64,000 nucleotides of DNA. It comes from Spongospora subterranea f. sp. subterranea. Lineage: Eukaryota. The translations under genes were made by a program, and so were the position numbers. The notes under the pieces are model-generated. The model did not search any database. It was not told the origin of the DNA and was given only the letters and a program-made list of their open reading frames with translations. The DNA lies in NCBI GenBank assembly GCA_049724395.1, contig JAUGWO010000016.1, forward strand, positions 62,001 to 126,000, read 5' to 3'. Each line of letters starts with the position of its first letter. Position 1 is the first letter of the stretch. Positions 37,550-48,890 of this stretch are shown here, one piece after another.

Positions 37550-38690
37550 CGCCACGGGCAACAATGGTCTTCACATGAGGACGAACTGCTGTGCTGTGCC
37601 TGGATTGCGGTTTCAGAAGATCCATTATTCGGGAACTGGTCAGAAAACAGGCAAGTTTCGGCGACGAATCTCCGACTTCTACCAGGTCTGAAGTTCCTGG
37701 TGGCGACAGCGAACGGAACGAAGCCGCGTTGACGTCGACTCGATTCGCACGTCAATGTCGAAATTCTGTGGATAGGTTGACAGTCAAGGCAACAGAGCGC
37801 TCCGGATGGTCGTCGGAGATGTAGGTGGACTAAGCATTACGCTCTCTGGAAGTTACGGGTCTCTCTCAAGGGGTCCGAATTTGAATTCCAGACCTGTTGG
37901 CAGTTTCTGAAAAAACGCAACATAGATGGGTTGAGATCGGCGCTGTCTCTCCTTTACAAAAGGTTATCGCCGAGGTAGAATCTAAATCGACAGTGGAATC
38001 TCCAGTTCGTCCAATCGGTCAGCGCTCTGTGAAGCGCTTAGCAATAACTCCAACGGAGGAGAATGATCTGCAGAAAAAAAAAACAGCATGACGAGTTTAT
38101 TGCGATTACAAAGCGAAAGGTCGAAGCGAGCGAGGATCGTAACGCGTTCAACCTTTTCGCGATGGATCCGGATTCAGCTGAGAGCCGTCGATACTTTGTC
38201 CTGAAAAAGCGTGCGTAATTCAAAGACGTTGGAAGATGAAGTCGACGACGATTGCGAAGATGCGGCTTAAAGTGTTTTATTCTTCTTCTCTCCCTAAAAA
38301 TTCCACTGATGTCGTACCAAATCGTCTCGGCATCGGTAGTCTTTTTACACTTTCGATGCCGAGACGATTTGGTACAACATCTGCGGAATTGCTATGGAGA
38401 AGAAGAATACAACACATTAAGCTGCATCTTCCCAATGTACAAAACTCATCTACAGAACCATCCGATTATGTTGTCGAGTCTCCAAAATAGTCTTTGAGAA
38501 ATCTTTCTCCAGCCTCGTGACGTCCTCTCTCTATATTTTTACATTTTCCGGCTACAGAACCACCACGTCGTGGGAGCACCGGTTGTATTCGAATATATGG
38601 TGTACCAATAGTATTCATCGTCACTGCTTTCGGATGAAGAATCCATTTTGCGAGATAGATATAGAAAAGACTTGAGACGGTGCGGGTACA
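37550..38690. mobile_element. Decayed PIF/Harbinger element: Myb/SANT (NAM-associated type) ORF on + and a Plant_tran-type transposase 5' fragment on -
   Basis: Plus strand: WSSHEDELLCCAWIAVSEDP, GTGQKTGKFRRRI, FEFQTCWQFLK and RPIGQRSVK, with frameshifts. Minus strand: RRGGSVAGKCKNIERGRHEAGERFLKDYF. Confidence 0.75.
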
Positions 38691-40472
38691 CAATCACGGT
38701 TAGAATGGAAGGAGATGCTCTAACATTACGAAATCAACTTCACAGTTTGTCAAGTTCTCGGTGAAGTCAACTTGATCTGAGCGGTATAGTCTGGACGGCC
38801 CTGCTCCTGGACTGATGCCAAGCGTCTGCTCCAGATAGTGTCCGATCAACATTTCCAAAGGTCCCGCGCCCACAATTGGGCAAAATAACGCATCGGAAGC
38901 AGTCCGGCGTGTCGTTTGCGGGTGGTTCGCGGTTGATATCGTCAGACCCTGCCATTAAATCAGGTTTGATTAGGTTCTTCAAAGGGAACGGGACGTACCG
39001 ACGACCTCGGTCGCAGAGTAAATCGCCAATCGCCCTGCACTGTAAATTCCCCCCATCCTTGAGCGGCTTGTTGATGGCGATATCACGACAAGTGATGGAT
39101 GGAAGTCGTCATCCAAACCCCCCCGCCCCTCGGCCTCTATAAGCGTGAAACCCCTTGCCAGCTGAGGCAAATGCATTGATCGTGTGCGGTCTAGCAATGA
39201 TTAGTGAGGACCGCAACGGTTTCGATGTTTTTCACATTTCGGTTTCGGAGATCGTGTCAAACCAGTGTCCTGCCGAGACAGCATTCGTCAAGACACCGAC
39301 GACAAGTGGATTGATGTGGCGAGCCCTGACACTGACGACGACATCGTCAAATTTGTACCAGAGTCACGACGCCCCATTTCCATTTGCAGGTTCAGGAGAC
39401 ACTCTCAGCGTTCACGACTGACGGCGGGTCGTTCGAGGCTGCAGCCAAACAGTACAATGTTCTTCAAAACGAGTTAGGGGGGGCTCTCGTTGTCTGGGAT
39501 TCTTCTGGGTCATTCCTTGACGTCCATGGGCGTGGTCTTGTCGTGCACGATAACGTAGTTGGCTGCTGACAATCAATGACGTTCATTCGCTGTTGGTTGC
39601 GGTTGAAAGGGAGGACTATGAATGGAGACTGTTCTGTCGCCCTGATCACTGCATATGAAACATGTCGCGTTTTGGCCATGGCACAAGTTTCACGATGTCG
39701 TCCCGTAGTGACAGCGCTCCCCGTGTCGATCCATCTGGCTACTTGTTGCTCACGCTGCCGGTCTCGGCAGGATGACACGATCTCCAAAAAACTATCGAAA
39801 TCCTCACGGTCCTCGGGGGTCGCAATGTCGTCGAAACCGCCCGTCGGGCCCATTCCACATCGCGCCACGACCATGATGTGACTTTCGTTCCGGCAATCGG
39901 GACGGGACGGCGATGGCGCTACGCACCCCAGTTCTGGTGGCGACATTTTCTTACGAGTCATCGCGGCCAGTTCCTTTCTCGGGTTTTGTGCCCAGCTACG
40001 TTAATCTGCGATATGAACCCGAGTTGAACAACAGGATAACTGGGCTTGTCTGACGATGATAACCCCATGAACATGTGGAATCAAGTTGGTTGAACGATCG
40101 GGGAAATGAACCACGCTGAACGTTTCTGAAACGCCGCCTTCTGTTGTCTACGCCCATAACCTGAACAGGAACTGCAATCCCGTTGTTTGTTCTCGTCATT
40201 CCCAATCATGTTAGAGATTCTCATAACCCCAAGACCATTTAAACGACCACGATCTGACCAAACCCCTTTTTCTCGTATTGCTCTATTGAGCGATGTTTTA
40301 TGGGGAATTCTCCCCCGTTTCCCGCCCTCCCTCCCCCCTCCTCTTATGGTCCGATGGCGATAAACCCCATGTCGGGCACGACCGACCTGACGGTTATAGT
40401 AGGGGCGATCGATCATTGGTCCATTAACGATCATTGTCGAGCGATCAATGGTGTCGGGATCCCGATCCGATC

Positions 40473-43400
40473 ATGGCCATCGGGCACCCTGGATCCGATA
40501 TCCTCCGGGGCGCCAACAGCGCAACGCCAAGGCCATGGCGAAAGCGGCCCAGACTATCGCAGATGAACGAAGCGCTGTTCGAGCATTACAGGACATCGTC
40601 ATCAGTTCAGGTTTTTGAACACCCCCCGAAATTCCCAAATACGCTCCGAACAAATCGCTATTTAGACGGAGAACACAATAAACCCCTGAAACAGTACAAT
40701 CAATCACGAAAGCTTCGCCACGATCGTCGTCAGGACCAATATGAATTGGACCGGAAAACGATCTTTGACGATCTCCAAAGGAAAACGGAACTGCTCTCGA
40801 AACAGGTTCAGATTGTCGTCAAATGATCATCAGAACCGTTGTTCTGAAACGACGAGCGGCAGGTTCATGGCGATCTGGCCGAGATTCAGGTCAGGATCGA
40901 TGGGCAGTTCGGGAAACTGGTCGACACGATCATGATCGATATGGAGTTGGGCGATTTCCAGGGGATCTGGGACACGATATTAGGGCAGTACCATATTAGG
41001 GATCAGCGCCTGCAGCGATTCCATGGCGATCTGGACGAAATCGAGGTCGAACGGCGCGATCGCGTGACGACAGCGATCTCGGCGGCCGTCGACGACCTGG
41101 TCGATATCGGGTACTGGCTCGTGCCCGACGTCGAGATGATGGTCGAACGAGAGACCAATGACGTTAACCAGGTCATTATCGCCAACAAGAACGTGTTCAA
41201 CGGTAATTCGGAAAACGATCGTGTTGTCACGGAAAGTGATCGTGGAATGATCGCAGATCTGCTGGCGCGATTACGCCTGGCCGATCACGAGGCGTGCCAA
41301 AGCGCCCAACAGCGATGGGAAGGGAGTCGTGGGCAGTGGAAGCGGTTGCGGCACCGGCGGGCGCTGGACGCGACGAAGGCGGCGCTGGGCAGTGACGAGT
41401 GGGCGTCGCCCCGATGGCGCAGGGACCTGTTCGATGGGCTGATGAGGGACCAGGAACGGATCTACCAGAGCGCCACCCACATCATCACCGCCATTCAACA
41501 AACAACGCCCCCGAATATATCCTCCGCCAAGATCAACCAGGTTCGGAAATTACACCAGAAGTCGTTCGTGATTTTAAACTTTTTTTTTAACATTATCTTC
41601 AAAAAAAAGTGTTCTCCTTCGTCAAATCTCTCGCGAATACGTTGCTGTTTTTGAACTATTCGGACGATGTTGAAGAGCGATTGGTGTTTTTTTTTAAATG
41701 TGTCGGATTGTGCCTGTTCAGATCTCGAACGAGATATCCCATCTGCTGAGTTTATCGTCCGACATGTGCAATACTTGCCTGGGGGCGTTATCGTCGCGAA
41801 CCGACCTCGAGATCGCCCGGCGCTCCGCCATGGTCCAGTCGCTACGCGACGACCTGATTCGATACGGGGCCCACGATCCCGATCAGATCGATCAGCAGAT
41901 AAAACAGGAGATCGACAGTCTAATTCAGCGATTGGATCGCGATCATATCGCCATAATCGATCAAGTTTCCGCCGTTCTAGTTTACGAAGAAAAGTTCGTT
42001 CGTAAAACGCTGAAAATTCGCGGTTTCGCGTTCTGATTGGATTTAAAGGTTTTTGCATCAACGGTTGAAATCGTTGGCGAAACTGTATTGTGGTGCCGGC
42101 GAGCTGTGGGAACGGTCGTTGAAGAGCGTCGATGATCTGGAGGGGACGACCAGCGAGATGTTCATGAGGGCGCGAGACACATTCGAGGTGATTTGGGGAC
42201 GGCGATGGGGTTTACGGGGAGGGAAGTGCTGAGGAACACACACACAGGACGAGATGAGGGGATACGAAGGGCGCCTGATGGCGGTGGAGATCGGCCTAAG
42301 ACAGTCGCCGGATCGCGAGACGCTGCTGAACAGGTTCGATGAGGCGATCGGTATTCTGGGGCCGTCGGGCGCCATGATCCGATCCCATCAGCAGTTCCAT
42401 CAACAGTCCGCCGTAATCCGAATTGTGTGGGCGACGTCTGGAAGGGTTGGCGCTGACGACGACGATGGTGCTGTGCGATATAGGGGATTGCGAAAGGACA
42501 CGGGTCGGGGCTGGAATCGCTGCTGCTCGCGATAACCAGGGACATTCAGGATCTGGTCCGGGTCGACATCCCCGAACCACACCCTGATCCCGTAGCGCCA
42601 TCTCCATCATCACGATACGATCTGCCGATCGAGGAATGGGCCAGACAGGTAAACTCCATTCATCGTCGTCGTCACTCATCACCGTCACCATCGCGTCGTT
42701 CATGACCATCACTTTTCGCAAAACACAAATCTCTGTCCTTCGCCATTCTCATCTGGCCCTTGGCGATATATCTCGTTCAGGTTATCTGCGATGACGATGA
42801 TAAACCCCCTTCATCTCCATGCGATTCATCTGGCCGTTCATGTGTCCACGTTTACACCCTCGACCTCGGCACAATCGGTCCGATACATCGTCTCCCATTT
42901 TCCGCCCGTCAAAACCGAAAATCGAAACAGGATCGGCACTGACGTCCCTCCGTTCATCGTTCCTCACCCAGATCGGTCTGATCTCGGACCAGGAGCGCCA
43001 TCGTGTCCAGGACCTGATCGCCTATCGACTTGCCGATCTGGCCCAGGACGTCGACAAATCATTACGGGTTCACAGACCCCGTCTGATACGATTGGGTGAG
43101 AACGCCCTCCACAACAATGTCGGCGAATCTCACCCTAAACTTCCATAGAGGTCGACGTCGTTGACGTCAGAGCAGCGGAATTACGAGATAATCTGGAGCG
43201 ATTCCATCGATTTTGGACCAGGTTCGATCGATCTCTTCGATTCACCAACAATGATTTCGTTCTGATCGGTTTCGCCCCAGATTCGATATGGCCATAGACG
43301 GCGCAACGCTCACGTTCGAACGAGAATCGGCAACTGCGAACCGGTTGGTATCGGAACGAGCCGCCCAAATCGATCAGGTCAAACGCGATATCGCGACCGC

Positions 43401-45483
43401 TAAAACCGTGCGGAAACTACAGCGATATCACGACATATCGCGATCACAATCGCGCCAATACGTCGTCGATATCACCAAACAGGTGAACGTGTTTGTTTCT
43501 CATCGGCAATTGTGAATGATGACGGGCGTAGATGGACAAGCTGAGATCGGTTCACGACGAGCTCATGAGCCATAATCGCCAATTGCCCAAACAGTTCATC
43601 GATCAGTGCACAGTATTCGGCACAATCGGGTCGGCGATCGCGACCTATCACCCGGGTAAGATCTGTTGTTGAACCCGGGATGGCGCCATTCCTTTGACGC
43701 CGCGCCGAGCAGACGAGGTTCGGCGATACGAGGACGAGATCGCGGCGCTCTCCAAACGGTCGTCGGAGGTGATCGATGGGCGACGGGCTGATCTGGAACT
43801 ATTGCAGGAGAAGGTGAAAACCAATCGAAGGGACATAATTGGGGAAATTGACATCGGGATGAAATACAGGTGAAACAGTCGATCGAACGGAAAGACGTCG
43901 ACGACGCTTTATACTGCGCTCAATCCGATCTGGCAGTTCGGTTGGGACTGGGGCAGAAGTTCGGCGCCCCGAAACGCAGGGCGTCAGCTCGTCTGCGGGA
44001 GGAATATGTTCGAGGTGATGAGGAATGATGTTGATGATAATCGGGTTCGGTAAATGTCGCCTTCGTCTTCAGCAACGCAGCAGTGCGATAAACTGGATGA
44101 GATATTGACCCAGCTCGAGAATCGGCGACATATCGTGACCGACTCGAACGCGCGGGAATCCGAATCGGAAACTTGCACGATTATCGGCCTGTAATGTCAT
44201 GTGTCAATATGGACGTTCGTCGGTGGCGGATTGATGTTTGGCGATAGATTACAGACCGGGCGTCGGATATTTCAGGAAAGGGGGAAAGTGTTCGGATTGG
44301 TGAAATCGACGACTGTTCTGGATGAGATCGTGCTGGTCCCCGAGACGATACCAGGGGGGAAGAAGGTGTCGACGAAGGGCGAGGCGCTGGAACGATTGTT
44401 GTCGTGGGAACAGGTCGTGATGGGCGTCGAGTCGGCGTGCAATCAGGAAACCACGGCCCTGACCAAGATCTACAACGAACAGCATTCGGGACGGCTGAGC
44501 AAACCCATCGACCCGATACCGGAGGCGGTCAGGGCCCATATCGAGCAGGAGAAGCGCCTGGCGGGAGAGAAACTGGAGCTATTCCACGAGATCTATCGCC
44601 GACTGGTGATCCGATACGAGAACGTGAAGGAGGTCGTGGTGAAGGCGGCGTTCGACGATATTCAGGAACGAACAGGGTCACAGGGACAGCCGCGAGTTGA
44701 CCACTTTCAGAACGTTCTGAACCAAGAACAGATACGATTGCAACGGCAGCGACAGTTTGGGCAACGCTTATCGTATCAGGGAATTACGATATCATTTGAT
44801 TCGATTTTTTGATAGGATATTTGTGCGACGTTTGAGACCGCAAACGGCCAAAGATGTTTTGGAAACATTGCTGGAAGAAGTGGGTGCGTTCAACGACGAC
44901 TTGAAACGGACGATGGGAAAACTAAAGGATGACGTGGCGAATGTGTTGAAAGAAATGGGAATGGTGTTCACCAGGAGGTTGAACCATTGCACAGACACAA
45001 TGGTGAAATTAATGGAGACGGGAATATCGATAGACCTGGTGAATATGGGGTCGGATGACGTCAACGAGGAACTCATGAAGAACAAGAACAGAATCGGGTT
45101 GAGGAGACTGATCAGAAAGGCGGAGCGGAATGCGGCCGATCCGGGTACGGCGGCAGCGGCGCCCCAACCCGCACCTGGCGATAAAAAATCGGGGAAAACG
45201 GCACCAGCAACGACAACGACGGCGGCGAAGAAAATGAGGAGCTATGAAGGAAAACCAGCTGGGAGCGTGTTGGGGGGAACAGATTGATGGAATAACCTGT
45301 CAAAATAACGAGATCAATAGGATCATCATAGAGAAGCGCGATCAGGTTTGGTCCGACACGGCCAAGATGTTAGGCGCTTATCGAGAGGAGCTGGACAGAA
45401 GGTTAACGGAGCTGGCCGATGGACAAAACATTTGGGAAGAGCACTGGGACCATGGAGTGAGATACGTTGATAACACAGTCTGA
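40473..45483 (+). CDS. CDCC180-like: CCDC180: Coiled-coil domain-containing protein 180 (DUF4455/DUF4456, ciliary), multi-exon; start approximate
   Basis: IWDTI..IRDQRLQRFHGDLDEIEVERRDRV..LVDIGYWLVPDVEMMVERETNDVNQVIIANK..ADLLARL..QRWEGSRGQWKRLRH matches the DUF4455 pattern. A long coiled coil follows and ends W..HW..GVRYV. Apparent +1 G at 45272-45277. Confidence 0.75.
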
Positions 45484-45559
45484 CAAATGTGAACAATAAT
45501 AGAGCTATGCATTCGGTTTATACAACGATGAAACAATTTAAGAAGTGACCCCCCATCCC

Positions 45560-46847
45560 TTATCCCGATGTCAAGTATCGGAATAGGATCAAGTAGTAAT
45601 AGGTTGTGGGGAATGCGAATAGCAATGCATCCTATACGCAGAAAAATCAACAAAAACGAACAGGTTACTGCGCCGATGGCCATACGATTCTGTCGAGAAT
45701 TCCTCCCCACCCAGGCAATACGTTGCCCATATCTTTGACATGAAGAAATCGTTTCAACAGACTTTCAACAAGATCGCCTACAAACCCACTTTCATTTATG
45801 TGAAAACTGAAAAAAAAACGCAAACGTATCGTGCTTAAAATCGTGAAAATGCGGTTCGTTAGCTTACCTATAGACCCCGCTATGGCGATCAATCCGGCTA
45901 GAAAATGAAGCGCTGCACCGCGGACGGGGAATGTGGTTTCTGTATGAATGATATCAATGACCAATTAGAGTACGCTCTTATGATGATTCAGACCTGGCGC
46001 AATAGCGTGCAGGAAACAATCGAAAACAATGGAAGCGATTATGCTGGAAACTGATGTGCAGATATATCCCTCCAATGTCTTTCCAGGGCTAATCACTGTC
46101 ACACGATGGTGACCGAAAATATTGCCGCCAAACAACCCAAACACTTCGCCAACAGCAGTAATGACTATCGTGTAGAGCAACGCCTCGAATGCATAAGGGA
46201 AATGGTTGATAAGAGCGGCATGAGCAATGGATCCACCAATATAGAAACACGAAAAGATCGAATATAAGAACTGTGTATGGAGCGTGGCGTTACAAGCAGC
46301 GTTGCTGCAATTCATTAAAACGAATATCGCCGATATTACAATCAAAGCCACTGTACGAAACGAGATTGCAAAAATTAGGCACAAGTCATTACGTGACGTT
46401 TTAATTTCTACTTACGAGATAATGAATGATGCAACCCGTCTTCCTTGAATAAAATTGCCATAATGACAACTACAGTGGACGGCGATGAACGACATAGGCG
46501 GGAGGATAGTACTGATGTTTGACCTACACTTTTGTCAACATTTGACTGCAGCTCTAGGGACGCCTGTTATGGGGAAACCCTCAGCCAACAAAACGGTGTT
46601 TGCTAAATCGGAAAAATCATACAGATATGGACAATAATAGACCGAAGAGCGGTCGAAGGATTGGACTGGATAATAACCCCAGAGATGTAGGTACCGCTAT
46701 AGAAAACGATAGAAGGCGACCGGATAAATTGACGGTCGCAGGAGCGATTGTTGGTGGCGAGGATTTGGTCGCGGGTGTCTGCGGATTGCGATCCCTGGTC
46801 TGCACAGCGGTCGCGACCACCGACGGCCCCAGACCAGGCGAGACCAT
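45560..46847 (-). CDS. Phosphatidate cytidylyltransferase (CDP-diacylglycerol synthase, CTP_transf_1), multi-exon
   Basis: FGHHRVTVISPGKTLEG and GDLVESLLKRFLHVKDMGNVLPGWGGILDRI|DALLFAFP signature; multiple TM helices. Confidence 0.9.
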
Positions 46848-46932
46848 GATTCGGTGATGGCGACTGGAGCGCTGTTAGTTATAAGTGATTTGACTGGATC
46901 CGATCCGAGGCCAATCCACATCTGCAAGGGGG

Positions 46933-47219
46933 GGGGGCCCGCATGACAAGGACCTTTAATAGGGGGCCGCATGACCAGGACCCTCTAATAGCGGGCCGCA
47001 TGACAAGGACCCTCTAATAGCGGGCCGCATGACAAGGACCTCTGATAGGGGGCCGCATGACAAGGAACTCTGATAGGGGGCCGTATGACAAGGACCCTCT
47101 ATTAGCGGGTTGCATGACAAGGACCTCTGATAGGGGGCCGCATGACAAGGAACTCTGATAGGGGGCCGTATGACAAGGACTCTGATAGGGCGCCGCATGA
47201 CAAGGACCTCTGATAGGGG
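46933..47219. repeat. Minisatellite, about 28-bp unit GGGGGCCGCATGACAAGGACCTCTGATA, 10 copies
   Basis: Read directly; head-to-tail copies with point variants and no spacers. Confidence 0.95.
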
Positions 47220-47860
47220 ACCCGAGAAAGGCGGGACTGGGGTACGGCTAATGTGGGACACGACACTTTCCAGACCGCTTCCATCATATCAGACCTGTTC
47301 AACTGAACAGCATCCATGGGAATGTCGTTGACGATTATTCGAAATGGAGCCCGAAATGATCGCGGAGTTTGCGCGAATCCAACCCCCGATCTGGTTAGAA
47401 ATTGTGGTGTTGCTGTTGATCGTGAATGGTTTTATTGAGAGAAGTCGCTATGAATAGTTCACTGTGTCGTCAATCACAAACATTAAAGTGCTCGTACTTG
47501 TTTTGCAGTTTTCTGTTGATCAGTTACACCGAAAAAAACATTTCTTTGTTCTCGTTCTTCAAACCTGTTTTTTGTTTGAGGAATCTGATGTGTTGTCGTT
47601 CGAGTAACGGTAATTTCACTTATCAACAACTGGATCAAAGTGGATCTTTGCCTGCAACAATGTGTCGTTGTACTTCAATTCCAATGGCAATCTCTCAGCG
47701 TAAATGTTTCACCAAGAAAAACAACGAACCTCAAATTAATGTCAATGTGATTGATTGGGCATTATCGTTGAGAATGACAGTTGAAGTGGAATTGAGAAGA
47801 TGCGTTGATAATGAGAAAAATCGGAACAATGACTCAGTTGTATTCCCATGTGTGCGGTGT

Positions 47861-48213
47861 TCAACTTTCAATCTTGTTAGTGCCATAAATCATATGGCTG
47901 GCCGTATATAAAGTAAAACCGACGGAATTCACAAGAACAAACGCTCCAATATAAAACGTAGGTTTACCCCATGCACCCTGTTAACACCATAAGAAAAAAT
48001 GCCGACTTTGTGACCAAGATAACAGAATTGATCGTATTCTCATCATGCACCCTAAAAGCCTACCTTTAGGTACGTTGGACAGGTCTCCTGTTGAAAAGCC
48101 TTCTGGGCCTCTTTGATTCTTGGAGGTGTGGACTCGAATAGACCAGTGCTTGCCAAGCGTCTGTTCCCGATGGATCTGGCCAGAGCAGCATTCGCCCTGA
48201 TGCCGAAGCTCAT
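47861..48213 (-). CDS. COX7A: Cytochrome c oxidase subunit VIIa-like, 2 exons (intron 47978-48063)
   Basis: Spliced 88 aa: MSFGIRANAALARSIGNRRLAS (presequence)..PPRIKEAQKAFQQETCPTYLK|GAWGKPTFYIGAFVLVNSVGFTLYTASHMIYGTNKIES*. It fits the Q..FQ....TYLKG..TM..M..G..K.E pattern of COX7a. Confidence 0.75.
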
Positions 48214-48890
48214 GTTGTTGATACTGGAGCCCGTCGATTATTGCTTCACGATGTTGTTGATAGGCCTGCAGTGCCGACAAGGGGTCGGGTTGCGATGCAA
48301 ACCCTACACTTAACCTGTCGCGTAACTGTACTTAGCAGCACTGTAGCGGAGTAGATACACCCAGAGATTACTGGTAACGGTTATTTACCCGGAAGGAGAT
48401 GGCTTGATGCAGCGTCAACAAGAGGGTGCGAGTTTTTATAAATCTGTTGAATTGCTCAAGGCGCGTCTGGACGTACGGTTTATTAAGATTAAAACTGGCT
48501 GTTTGAACAGTCATAAATATGTCCGAAACATTTTTTGGTATAGTAACATACACAGTACGAGACGATAACTATTGCGGTGCTGGTTTAAGGCTGCCCACAA
48601 TGTATCCTTTAGCAGGATGGACTTTACGAAAAAAAAAAAAGATAAATAGGATAGCACCAAGATGTCGCCGAACGAGCTGGCAACTACAGTATTCCGTGAG
48701 AACCGTGTTCTAGTCCTTCCGGTTGTCAAAGGCCGCGATCTGGACCTTCAGAGGGTCACTTGGAAGTTGGAACTGTATACACTTTACAGTCACGCGCGAT
48801 ATCCTTTACGCGCACATCATCAAAATTTCAATTTAGTCGGATTTCTGCGAGGAAGACTCGGTCAGCCCGTTAGGACTCACCGAGGCGAAA

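Noticed and set aside
39384..39569. SFEAAAKQYNV resembles a pogo/psq helix-turn-helix
   Set aside because: The match is very short and no DDE domain follows.
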